A DNA stretch of 64,000 nt from a virus. The translations under genes and the position numbers were made by a program. Below are positions 50,243 to 59,597 of this stretch, piece by piece. The stretch lies in IMG/VR virus record IMGVR_UViG_3300027779_000011, positions 94,717 to 158,716 of that record. One strand, written 5' to 3'. Within the stretch, counting starts at the first letter, position 1; each line of letters opens with the position of its first letter. Below the pieces are notes generated by a model. That model was not told the origin of the DNA. It ran no database searches and worked only from the letters and a program-made list of their open reading frames with translations.

Positions 50243-53200
50243 ATGTTAAAAAAAATATCATTTTCTCCGAATACTAGCTTAGAGACCGTAGAGCTTAGCG
50301 AGATAAAGGCTAGCCCACACCTCTTAGATAGAATGGATAAACTAGCTAGCAACATAAGAGAAATTGCACCACAGTCTGATGACTTTCTATATTTTAGTAT
50401 TATATTTTTAAAATCAGCAGAGGCGTGCCTTATTAATGAAAGCGGAGACCTTAAGAAGGTATCTGGTGGCGAAACGGCATGGGGATACTTTGATGATGAC
50501 TGGAAGTGGCATGGAAACGTTCAGCCGCACAGAAATAACAATAGAGACATATTCCCGGAGTCCGAACTAAGAAAGGCTGCGAAAGACTGGATTGGAATGC
50601 CATTATGCAGAGACCACGAATCTAGTTCTGTAGATGGAATAAGGGGAATAATATTAGACACTCATTACGATGAAAAGCTAAAGCAGGTCGTTGGGCTCTG
50701 CGCCCTCGATAGAATAAATTATCCAGATTTAGCAAGAAAGGTTCAGACAGGCCTGGTTAGGTATGGCTCAATGGGCACTGCAGTCGAAACATCCGTGTGC
50801 TCTGAGTGTGGAAATAAGGCGCAAACGCAGGAACAGTACTGTGAACATATAAACAATAAGAACGCCTGGGGCGAAATAAACGTTGGGCTAAAGCCAATAG
50901 AGTACAGCCTTGTTGTTCAGCCTGCAGAGCCGGGAGCTGTGCTATTACGGTGTATAGCCTCTCTAAAAGAGTATAAGAGTGAGTTCACCCAGCATGGCGT
51001 CAAAGACTTAAATTATATGTTAAGCTCTTTGAGCGAGCAGCAGGCAGAACATCTTGATAGGATAATGAAGACGGCATGCGGAAAAGACGGATGCTCTATA
51101 GTTGAGCGTAAGAAGATAGTTAGAGGGTTTCTGCTGAATAATGATTTAGTTAAAGATGCAGAAAGAAAAGTTATTTCGCTTGAAGAAGCGGAAAGAGCTG
51201 CTAATATAGTTAGCAGAATTTCTGGAGGGAAGTCATTAGAAGAAATAAGTAATGATACAGACTCTCCAGAGTACTCCTTCCTTAGTAGACTCGAAGTGTC
51301 TATTTTGGGAGGTGGTGGTCGCACCGAGGTTACTGGAGACCAGAGGGCTCTTACCGGAGAGTCTATATTACCCGACGAAGGCTCTCAGATGGATGGTATG
51401 AGTCCAAGAGATCTGACTGGATCTTCGGGTCCTATGGTTGCATCGACTGATGGTGAGTCAAGAGTTGATACTTTCGATACAGGAGGTGTTATCGAAAGAA
51501 ACGTGTATTCAAAACAAAACAAGAATGAACTTGAGAAAAAAGCAATTAATTCCATATTGGAGGATATTATGAATGAGGCAAGATTGAGAAAGAGGGCGGA
51601 GCTCCGCCGTCGAATCGCATACCATCAGGGTGGGTCCGAGGGCGTAGAACCAAGCACTTACAAGGATGAGAAGGCACTAGAGGGTAGGCTGAGGGGCGAA
51701 GATCGCCAGATGAAGCAAGATAAGGGAATGGGCGGTGACTCAGGCATGATGCCCGGTGACGAACAAGTTAAGCAGAAGCTTAGCAGGGCTCAGATAGAAG
51801 AGCGCAGGCTTAAAAGAATGGCGTACCATCAGGGTGGCTCTGATGGTGTTGAGCCGAGCACTTATACTGACGAGAAGGCCCTAGAGGGAAGACTCAGGGG
51901 CGAAGATCGTCATATGAGGCAAGATAAAAGTATGGGTGGAGACTCCGGCATGTTTCCTGGTGATGAGCAGGCCAAGGCGAAGCTCAGCAGGGCGAAATAT
52001 GAAGGGCCGTCTCTACGGACAAAATTTTCTGCAAAGACAAGAAGTGGAAGGCTAGATAGAGCTGGTTCGGTATTTGAGGTTTTTGCAGGTAGTAATAAAG
52101 TCATTACGGCAACTGCTAAAGAAATCTTTGGAACCGAATTATCTGAAAATTGGAACTGGCTATCTAGCAAGGAGTATGGACAAGAAGTTTGTAAGCAGAT
52201 TAGAGCACACGGTTTAGACTATGTGTCGGGACTCCTTAAGGTTGCGCAAGAAGAACTTCCGCCGCCTCCAGCCGGAGGAGATATGCCTCCACTTCCAGGT
52301 GAGGGGGGAGGAGACATGGATCTTCCGCCCATGGATATGGCAGAACCCGCAGAAGAGCTTCCTCTTGCTATGGAAGATGATGCAGAAGGTGAGTCAGAAG
52401 ACCCGAAGGACGCGATCGAGAGCGCCTTGGTTGATATAGAAGAGCGGGTTGATGAAGTTAGAGACTTAGCATCCCAGCTTGGTGGGGGTCAGGACGTTGA
52501 CATAGATATCGCAGTATCCCCAGAGGGTGCAGACATCGGAGATGATGGTCTTGGCGAGCTGCCAGTTCCTTCTTTGGCGTCTGAATTAGTCCAGAACCTA
52601 AAGACGGCAATGTCTGAGTTAAATGAATCTGCAGATGAGCTAGCCTTAATTGCGGAAACATTCGAAGGAGAGAAGCAGCTTACTGCCTCACAGCGTACAG
52701 ATCTTAGAAAAATTGCATTTGATGCACTTAATGATTCCTATGATCTAAATGCCGAAACAAAGGCTCTAGTTAGGGTTACGGCAGGATTGGTAAAGAGTGC
52801 TAACTGGGGTGCTGAAAATACAAGCAGCATGGACGATGGTCCTGCTAATTCTGTTAATTATGCGGAAGACAAAGAAGACAAAATGGATGACAACTATGTA
52901 ATGGAGCACGATCTAGATGAGGGTGACCTGAATAATCCCAGCATGGAAGCAGAGGCTGATGATGCCGAAGACGGGGCGAGTAATGACCTAATGGTAGAAG
53001 CCATGGTCTTAAGAAAAGAGAGAAGGGAAGCTATTCTTAAGCATGCTGAGAAGTCTGAGTTGAAAGATAGAAAGAGCAAAAGAGAGTCTCTTTTTAAGAA
53101 TGCACAAATGCAGGAGCAGGGTGTTGAGGAGTTGGTCTCTGAGGTCGCCAATGATATGCAGAGTCCAGACGAATTGCTTGGGGCAGCTGCTGACGGAGAT

Positions 53201-53605
53201 GACGATAACGATATCAGTGATGCTGACGATGACACTAGCGCAACAGTTGCCCTTGCAGGCTCCTTAAAAGGAAAACTGCAAGATGCTCTTAGCGATAAGC
53301 ATGCGGAGGAAGAACGAGAGACTTATAAGCTCAGGTTAAGAAGAGCTTATGACGTTGCAATGAATATGCAAAGAAAGGGTCTCCTCTCAGAAACAAAGCC
53401 ATCCTTGGATAGGCAGGTTGATGAGATAATGCAGTTTGACTCAAATGCTTTTGAGGCATTCAAGAGAACGATTGCTAACACAAGGCCTCTCTCCTCGGTT
53501 AAGACAGCTTCTGATCTTGGAGGTGTTAATATAGGGGTTGAATCTCCAGAGTCTTCGACAACGGTGAGAAATACGGTAGATGTGCTAACATCAATGTGGA
53601 AGTAG
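50243..53605 (+). CDS. Prohead maturation protease fused to scaffold-like region
   Basis: NNNRDIFPESEL, PLCRDH (candidate catalytic His), SMGTAV-x3-CSECGN...CEH, EYSLVVQPAE (candidate catalytic Ser), then acidic/coiled-coil C-terminal half; upstream of the capsid genes. Confidence 0.75.
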   Translation: MLKKISFSPNTSLETVELSEIKASPHLLDRMDKLASNIREIAPQSDDFLYFSIIFLKSAEACLINESGDLKKVSGGETAWGYFDDDWKWHGNVQPHRNNNRDIFPESELRKAAKDWIGMPLCRDHESSSVDGIRGIILDTHYDEKLKQVVGLCALDRINYPDLARKVQTGLVRYGSMGTAVETSVCSECGNKAQTQEQYCEHINNKNAWGEINVGLKPIEYSLVVQPAEPGAVLLRCIASLKEYKSEFTQHGVKDLNYMLSSLSEQQAEHLDRIMKTACGKDGCSIVERKKIVRGFLLNNDLVKDAERKVISLEEAERAANIVSRISGGKSLEEISNDTDSPEYSFLSRLEVSILGGGGRTEVTGDQRALTGESILPDEGSQMDGMSPRDLTGSSGPMVASTDGESRVDTFDTGGVIERNVYSKQNKNELEKKAINSILEDIMNEARLRKRAELRRRIAYHQGGSEGVEPSTYKDEKALEGRLRGEDRQMKQDKGMGGDSGMMPGDEQVKQKLSRAQIEERRLKRMAYHQGGSDGVEPSTYTDEKALEGRLRGEDRHMRQDKSMGGDSGMFPGDEQAKAKLSRAKYEGPSLRTKFSAKTRSGRLDRAGSVFEVFAGSNKVITATAKEIFGTELSENWNWLSSKEYGQEVCKQIRAHGLDYVSGLLKVAQEELPPPPAGGDMPPLPGEGGGDMDLPPMDMAEPAEELPLAMEDDAEGESEDPKDAIESALVDIEERVDEVRDLASQLGGGQDVDIDIAVSPEGADIGDDGLGELPVPSLASELVQNLKTAMSELNESADELALIAETFEGEKQLTASQRTDLRKIAFDALNDSYDLNAETKALVRVTAGLVKSANWGAENTSSMDDGPANSVNYAEDKEDKMDDNYVMEHDLDEGDLNNPSMEAEADDAEDGASNDLMVEAMVLRKERREAILKHAEKSELKDRKSKRESLFKNAQMQEQGVEELVSEVANDMQSPDELLGAAADGDDDNDISDADDDTSATVALAGSLKGKLQDALSDKHAEEERETYKLRLRRAYDVAMNMQRKGLLSETKPSLDRQVDEIMQFDSNAFEAFKRTIANTRPLSSVKTASDLGGVNIGVESPESSTTVRNTVDVLTSMWK
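51617..51994 (+). repeat. Tandem duplication with a 204-nt (68-aa) period inside the protease-scaffold gene
   Basis: AYHQGGS[ED]GVEPSTY[KT]DEKALEGRLRGEDR...GGDSGM-x-PGDEQ-x-K-x-KLSRA starting at 51617 and 51821. Confidence 0.95.
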
Positions 53606-53613
53606 GTGATATT

Positions 53614-54162
53614 ATGATTGGAAATAAATATACAGGAGATAATATTGCTGCTGAATTTATGAAGATTATAAGCTCAAAGTCTTCTCCAGGGAAAACCCTG
53701 GAGAAGGCTGCTTCTGTCGAAAACGATCTAGTTGAAGCGGCAGAGGGGATGCTTATGGAATCTAAAGATGAAAGTCCAGCGAATAACCCGATTGAAAATG
53801 CTTTGGAGGCTGTTGAAAATATGCTCGGAGACGAAGGAGCCCCCTCCGCTGATGCAGATAGCTTGAGTAGTGTCGATCAGGACGGGCTAGATGCCCATGC
53901 TGCATTTAACGCTTCTGAAGCTTACCTTATAAAGGGACTCGGCAAGATAGCTGGAGGGCTGAGGAGAAAGGACGAATCATTTGCGGCGGATATGGTAGAG
54001 GCAACGGCAAGAAGTATTTATGGAGACATAATGAAAGAGGCTGCTCATCGTAACAATATAATGAGCGGCCTTTCCAAGGTTGCTCGCGAGTTGTCAAGCT
54101 CCGGAGATAATTTTGCTTCAGACTTAGTTAAAGCCTCCATGAGGAGAATTAAAAGGGGATAA
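53614..54162 (+). CDS. Hypothetical head protein with two copies of the shared helical motif
   Basis: LGKIAGGLRRKDESFAADMVEAT and LSKVARELSSSGDNFASDLVKAS; SD AGGTGA before ATG 53614. Confidence 0.7.
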   Translation: MIGNKYTGDNIAAEFMKIISSKSSPGKTLEKAASVENDLVEAAEGMLMESKDESPANNPIENALEAVENMLGDEGAPSADADSLSSVDQDGLDAHAAFNASEAYLIKGLGKIAGGLRRKDESFAADMVEATARSIYGDIMKEAAHRNNIMSGLSKVARELSSSGDNFASDLVKASMRRIKRG

Positions 54163-54184
54163 TTTAAATATATTTGGTAGAATA

Positions 54185-54213
54185 AAAAAGAGGGAGAAAT
54201 TCTCCCTCTTTTT
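54185..54213 (+). terminator. Rho-independent terminator (symmetric A/T tails)
   Basis: aaaaagagggaga-aat-tctccctcttttt. Confidence 0.85.
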
Positions 54214-54270
54214 GCATTTAATATATTAATTTTATTAATGATATTGAAGTAAGTATATTCGGAGACTGAT

Positions 54271-54963
54271 TTGTTAAAAGTTATACATTCTGGAAACGCA
54301 CTGCCACTGAGTTTAACTGTAGATCCTACAGCTGAGTTTGAGCCTGGCATTTTTGCGCAATTGAAATTAGTAGGTAACGATATAGCGGCAGGCGTTAGTG
54401 ACGGAACGGCCCCATTGGGAATAATAGATGATGTCAGAACTACTGCATTTACCAGTTCAAAAATTGATGAAATAGTTTTAATAGAAGGCGTCTCTTCTGA
54501 AATAGATTCAAATGGGGATAGGGTCAGCTCCGCTGATTTTACCGGAGTCCTAGATAGTCCGCATGTTGTTGAGGCTAGCTTTACCTCCACCATATCTGTT
54601 GTTCTGAACGCTATAAATGGAATAATAACAGTTCCAAAGGGGACAGAGCTAAACCATGATTCTGATGGCGACGGGACTATGGACGGCTTTAGAATGATAA
54701 CCAATTATATTTATAGGATTGCAAACAAGCCGGGAGATGATTCTACTTTGGGGTCGGGAAGAATAACGGTCCATTATCAAAGAGGAATTTATGCTACAGA
54801 TCAATTTGATACAACTCAGACATATCCTCTAAATTCCACCCTCTATGTTAATCTAAGCGGCAAGCTGACTACAAAGCAACCTACTGCTAATCATCCGGGA
54901 GTTGCCTTCGTAACAGGGCCTCCGTCTGCCGCAATGGGTACCCTTGAGTTTCTTTTATTGTAA
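54271..54963 (+). CDS. Capsid cement/decoration-like protein (paralog 1)
   Basis: GIIDD...GSGRITVHYQRGIYATDQF...LYVNLSGKLT beta-rich pattern; TTG start with GGAG. Confidence 0.55.
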   Translation: MLKVIHSGNALPLSLTVDPTAEFEPGIFAQLKLVGNDIAAGVSDGTAPLGIIDDVRTTAFTSSKIDEIVLIEGVSSEIDSNGDRVSSADFTGVLDSPHVVEASFTSTISVVLNAINGIITVPKGTELNHDSDGDGTMDGFRMITNYIYRIANKPGDDSTLGSGRITVHYQRGIYATDQFDTTQTYPLNSTLYVNLSGKLTTKQPTANHPGVAFVTGPPSAAMGTLEFLLL

Positions 54964-54975
54964 TATGGCAATAAC

Positions 54976-54982
54976 TACTAAT
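54976..54982 (+). promoter_or_regulatory. TACTAAT candidate late promoter
   Basis: Intergenic, about 47 nt before ATG 55029. Confidence 0.55.
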
Positions 54983-55028
54983 TAAATAAGTTTGTTGAGT
55001 TCTAAAATATCTTTAGGAGTGGATTAAA

Positions 55029-55418
55029 ATGTCAAATCGTTGGGTAAAAGAAGACAGGGTCGCTTGGACCAGAAGCGAGGTTATGCAAGAGCTTGAAAAG
55101 AAGGTTCTGGATAATATGCGTCGTGTCGAAGCTATGGCTCAAAAAATAGCACAAGATAACACTCAGGCAAAAGTAGACGCTGTAATGAGCTCAAGCGCAC
55201 CTCTACATGAAAGAACAGAGGCAATAAAGAATTTAGCTGATGATGAGCCTAAAGATTCTGATGTCGTAGATGATAATGAAGTCGATGACGAAGTTACAAA
55301 GGAAGCCATGGTTGCGGAGCTGAGGCTGATGGCCCAGGCCGCTATATCTAAGGGAAATATAAAGGTAGCTTATAAAATTGAAAGAACAATTGAAGAAATT
55401 TTAGAAGAAGAAGTCTAG
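55029..55418 (+). CDS. Small head-block protein with C-terminal shared helical motif
   Basis: LRLMAQAAISKGNIKVAYKIERTIEEI; AQKIA site. Confidence 0.7.
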   Translation: MSNRWVKEDRVAWTRSEVMQELEKKVLDNMRRVEAMAQKIAQDNTQAKVDAVMSSSAPLHERTEAIKNLADDEPKDSDVVDDNEVDDEVTKEAMVAELRLMAQAAISKGNIKVAYKIERTIEEILEEEV

Positions 55419-55430
55419 AGGTTTGTTTTA

Positions 55431-58400
55431 ATGAAGGTCAACACGAGCAGGTCGTCTGAAATATTTGACGAGTTTATAAAAAATTACTCTACATATAAAA
55501 GCGGTGTTGATACCGGAACAAAGTCTAGAATATCAAAGATAGCGGGTAGTTCGAGAATTATAAAAATCGCATCGTTAAGAGCCGGAGTGCAGCTTGCTTC
55601 TGGAGTGGCCGACGCTGGCGGGACGATTGCTATTGCAGGAAAGGTTATAGGTAATCTTGCAGATGTCGTAAAGCACGTAGATGTCCTTCCAATCGGCGTT
55701 TGGGCCAAAGCGGTTGGGGCGGCTGACAATCTTCCCTCTATTATGTCAAGGCTTAGGGCCGGGGCTGTAATAGATGCCTCGTCTGAGGGTGCTGGTGAAT
55801 TGGCCAAGCTTTCATCAATGGTATCAAAATTTGATCAAGTTGCCACTAACGCTATAAAGAATAGTGATGAAATGATTAACTTTAGAAAAACTTCATCGGC
55901 AGCATTTCCCGGTGGAAAAAACACATGGGTAGGTGACTTAGAAACTGCAATTACAAGAGTGTACATTCAGGGAACGATAGATGCGGTTGGAACTGGAAAA
56001 TCCGCTTCAAAGATAATGGAAGATAGCATTACAGAGGTAATAAGAAATGGTGGTGCAAATTTTAGGTACGAACTTCCAGGTAGCATAGCAGGGTGGAAAA
56101 ATATTGCCTCCAGGCAACCAGAGTTTATAGACGCAGTAGAAGGAATGGTTAAGGGAACGGCCAGGGTTGAGCCAGATGAGCTTGCGGGAATGTATAGGCG
56201 TGCTGGAAGTGCTCGAAAAGGCGGCGAAGGTGGCGCAGACCTCAGGCAAGGTGGAGCAAGGGAGCTCACCAGGGGTGAGGGTGGAATAGAAACTGGTGTA
56301 GCGAGGTATACTGACGAAGCAGGAGATGCGGGAGCTGGTGCCGCCAAAGGTACGGATGATGTGGATATACGAGATCCTGGTGTGCCGTCCCGAGTAGATA
56401 ATCCTCAGCAGATAGACCAATTGGGTGCAACTACTGCGAAAAATGCAGAAGATATCGCCGCAATAAGTCGATTCAACGAGACGATGCGGGGCCAGGTTGG
56501 CCAAAGCATGAACCTTGAACAAGTAATGGCGCTATTCCAGGATATGAGCAGGACTCAGCAGGAAACGGTACGCGAAATGGCGCGGTCCATGGGAAGTCAG
56601 AGCGTAACTGTAAAGCAGATTAACCAACAAAGCGTTGATGGGGCAGTGACAGGAGCGGGAAGAAAAGCTTCTGCCCGGGCCAGAGAGACTTCCCGTAAGG
56701 CTTCTGATGGGATACCGAGAAGAAAGCAGAGGCTCAGACAGGCTCAGGCAGGCGGAAATCAAGCTGATATTACAAGACTTCAGGATGAGATAAGGCGTCT
56801 TGAAGAGATAACAAGAAGGTCGAACGCCGGAACGCAGGCGGTCAAAGAGACTGCAGGCTGGAAAGCATTAATTCCTGGATCGGCAGCTACCGCATGGAAG
56901 TGGGGTAAAAGAATTTTAGTTGGCGGTGTTCTCATCGGGGCAGGATATCTTTTATACCAGTGGCTGACCGGACCAGATGGGGATGAGGCATTTCTAAGAG
57001 TTAAGAATGCGACAATTCAGCCACAACTGATAGAAGATCCGGCGGGCAGGCTAGTCCCCGTTGTTGAGGCGGCAATTACAGCGCTTAGGGCTGTGGAGTT
57101 CACTCCTGCCAGCGTTTCAGATGCAAGGACTGGCGCCTATATAGAGTTTTTACAAAATACACTTTTGCCAGCCGTATCTTCAGTTGCTCAGGATGGTAGA
57201 AACTTTGCTCTCCCAGAGGGAAATGAGAACGGCCTTATAATAACAGGTCAGGCAACTTCAAACACTGAAGCTCAACATCTTGCGATGCAGCCGGCAGGTT
57301 CTTTCGAGCCGGATGTTGTCTCTGGGGATGAGGCTGATTTTATTGCCGCAGAAGATGCAGTTGAGAATCTTAAAAATGAGTTGCAAAGATTCAGCGAATC
57401 TGTGTCGAAAACTCTTACTGACGGAATGCAGGCTCAGGCAGGAGATAATGCAAACCTGGGAAACCGCGACTGGAATCCTCGTGGAGGTGGTGGCCAAGTT
57501 GGAAGTGGTGGCGCTAGCGGCGTCGGCGGAGCACCCGGCCAGAGAGGTCAGCAGGGTGGTGGCTCGGGACTGGAAGGCCGAAGAGATCCGGGTGGTCGTG
57601 GTGATTTAAGAAGAAATGAAATTGCTTTAGAAATGGATCTATGGGGAGAAACGTGGAGAGTTGTTCTTCCCGCAAGATCTAGAAGAATTGGCGGACAAAG
57701 AGTTAGTACTCTTAGATCTGATATAGCGGAAAAGCTTGGCGATCCGCCACCAGATGGCACAAGGCCTGGTCCAATATATAGGGCTTTGAATACCGCCATT
57801 GGAAAAGAATATGTTGGGCTTGGTGAAAATAATGATCCACAAATTGGCGGCGGCCATAGTGATTGGTCAAATATAATGCAGTCAGACCAGGTCAGGCTGA
57901 ATGATGCTACTGGAGCTAGAATATCATTAGCGATACAAAGAATGGCCAGATACAATATAGATTCTGTAAAAGAGCTAAGAAAAGATTTACTAGAAGACAG
58001 CAAAGACCGCCTTGGCGAGGGGCTTTTCAATACTTCTCCAGCCTATAGGGATGAGAAGAGGTCTCTTAGGGCTCCAACTAGAGAGAGCCGAAGGCAGGAG
58101 CGGAAAGACAGAAAGAGGCGCAGAAGGGAGTCAAGAAGAAGGGCCGGCCTTGATATAGGCGGTCTTCATAAGGTCTCAAGTAAAAAATCCTTATATGAAT
58201 CTACTAATATAGATGATTTAATCGAAACAAGGATTCAATATAATATGAGTTTCAATAAAAAAGCAGACAAATATTCTAATGAATATTTTAGAGATGCCGT
58301 TAAGGGTCTTAATGACAGTTCTGTAAAGACTTATTATGCAGGGTTTAAAGACATGTATAATGAGAGGCCTGAGAAAAGGCCAAAGGATACAAATTCCTTA

Positions 58401-58700
58401 TATATGATTGGTGATGAAACTGGTTCAGAGTTAGTTCAAAGGGCCCACCCGAAGTCCATTGTTGTCTCAGACGCAATGGGAAATGGTGGCCTGGTAGAAA
58501 ATCTCTTGGAGCAACACCGTCACGGAGAAGAGGTGGCTTTCAGCACTCCAACCGGGAATTATAGATCAAAGCATGCCTATGTTTTAGAAGAGCTCAAGGG
58601 CTTGGCTAAGATGGCAAGATCAGAGAATAATGCGGAAGCGTTTGAAATGATCAAAGGTGCTATGGTTGAAATCGTGTCTTTAAACCCAAAGTTAGTTTAA
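55431..58700 (+). CDS. Large Ala/Gly-rich protein with one predicted TM segment; candidate ejection/internal protein
   Basis: KRILVGGVLIGAGYLLYQWL hydrophobic segment; Arg-rich patch; C-terminal shared motif LKGLAKMARSENNAEAFEMIKGAM. Confidence 0.6.
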   Translation: MKVNTSRSSEIFDEFIKNYSTYKSGVDTGTKSRISKIAGSSRIIKIASLRAGVQLASGVADAGGTIAIAGKVIGNLADVVKHVDVLPIGVWAKAVGAADNLPSIMSRLRAGAVIDASSEGAGELAKLSSMVSKFDQVATNAIKNSDEMINFRKTSSAAFPGGKNTWVGDLETAITRVYIQGTIDAVGTGKSASKIMEDSITEVIRNGGANFRYELPGSIAGWKNIASRQPEFIDAVEGMVKGTARVEPDELAGMYRRAGSARKGGEGGADLRQGGARELTRGEGGIETGVARYTDEAGDAGAGAAKGTDDVDIRDPGVPSRVDNPQQIDQLGATTAKNAEDIAAISRFNETMRGQVGQSMNLEQVMALFQDMSRTQQETVREMARSMGSQSVTVKQINQQSVDGAVTGAGRKASARARETSRKASDGIPRRKQRLRQAQAGGNQADITRLQDEIRRLEEITRRSNAGTQAVKETAGWKALIPGSAATAWKWGKRILVGGVLIGAGYLLYQWLTGPDGDEAFLRVKNATIQPQLIEDPAGRLVPVVEAAITALRAVEFTPASVSDARTGAYIEFLQNTLLPAVSSVAQDGRNFALPEGNENGLIITGQATSNTEAQHLAMQPAGSFEPDVVSGDEADFIAAEDAVENLKNELQRFSESVSKTLTDGMQAQAGDNANLGNRDWNPRGGGGQVGSGGASGVGGAPGQRGQQGGGSGLEGRRDPGGRGDLRRNEIALEMDLWGETWRVVLPARSRRIGGQRVSTLRSDIAEKLGDPPPDGTRPGPIYRALNTAIGKEYVGLGENNDPQIGGGHSDWSNIMQSDQVRLNDATGARISLAIQRMARYNIDSVKELRKDLLEDSKDRLGEGLFNTSPAYRDEKRSLRAPTRESRRQERKDRKRRRRESRRRAGLDIGGLHKVSSKKSLYESTNIDDLIETRIQYNMSFNKKADKYSNEYFRDAVKGLNDSSVKTYYAGFKDMYNERPEKRPKDTNSLYMIGDETGSELVQRAHPKSIVVSDAMGNGGLVENLLEQHRHGEEVAFSTPTGNYRSKHAYVLEELKGLAKMARSENNAEAFEMIKGAMVEIVSLNPKLV

Positions 58701-58778
58701 AATAAGTTTTTGACTTATAAAATATTAATTCAATAGTTGGATTAATATAATTAAATTTTTATTAAGGAGAATAATAAA

Positions 58779-59570
58779 ATGGCTCTCAAAATTTTACAAC
58801 CAGGGTATGTACCCTTGGGCCAGTTTGATCTGAAGGTAAGCTCAACCGTTTTAGGTGGCGAATGTGTGGTTTTATCACAGTCGACTTCTGATGGTGGAGC
58901 AAAGGACACGGAGCAGTATATGAATACTGGTTCTACCGAACGCCCAATGTTTGAACTTGGTGGACCTCATGGCATACCCATTGATTCCGCTGGTGGAAGT
59001 GCCCAACCGGTAGTCCCAGGATCTGCTGCTCAACTATGGAAAAGCCGGTTGCAGGCAAATTCTACAACTGGTGGTGGATATGTTTCGCTTTTCGGCTTGG
59101 CCGATGACGGAACATCTGGGTATGGTACCCTTTTCGGTGAACTAATTGGTGGAAACGTAGGTCGGGCGACCTCAGTTTCTGGCGCTACTGTCATTGGACC
59201 GGCGACACACCTTGCATCTGGAAAGGTGACTGTCTGGACACAGCAAGGTCTTTATGGCGTTGCTGGCGCACCAGCAAACTACATTGATGGTGGTGCTTGT
59301 GTTCCAAACGAGCTCTTGTACGGTGTTGGTGGTGATGAACTCACCCCCGGCTACCTCGTATCGGAAGCCAACGATGCTGCAACTTACGACGCCTATGGGC
59401 AAGGCGGCGGCGTTGCTATCTTTGTAGGATTAATGACAGATTCGTCATTAGTTCGCACTTCAACCCTTTTAGCTACAGGCACAGCGACAACTGACGAAGA
59501 ATATGCTGCAGTATACCTACTCGGACCATCTGCACCAGGTACTATCTTCCCAGCTATCTCTGGCGGCTAA
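58779..59570 (+). CDS. Capsid cement/decoration-like protein (paralog 2)
   Basis: Immediately upstream of MCP; GLADD...ASGKVTVWTQQGLY resembles 54271..54963; strong SD AAGGAG. Confidence 0.6.
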   Translation: MALKILQPGYVPLGQFDLKVSSTVLGGECVVLSQSTSDGGAKDTEQYMNTGSTERPMFELGGPHGIPIDSAGGSAQPVVPGSAAQLWKSRLQANSTTGGGYVSLFGLADDGTSGYGTLFGELIGGNVGRATSVSGATVIGPATHLASGKVTVWTQQGLYGVAGAPANYIDGGACVPNELLYGVGGDELTPGYLVSEANDAATYDAYGQGGGVAIFVGLMTDSSLVRTSTLLATGTATTDEEYAAVYLLGPSAPGTIFPAISGG

Positions 59571-59597
59571 TCTTTAACATTAATAGGAGAAAAAAAA

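Noticed and set aside
51617-51994. Duplicated segment as a diversity-generating retroelement TR/VR pair
   Set aside because: Both copies are in frame in one ORF, differences are mostly synonymous rather than adenine-specific, and no reverse transcriptase is present.
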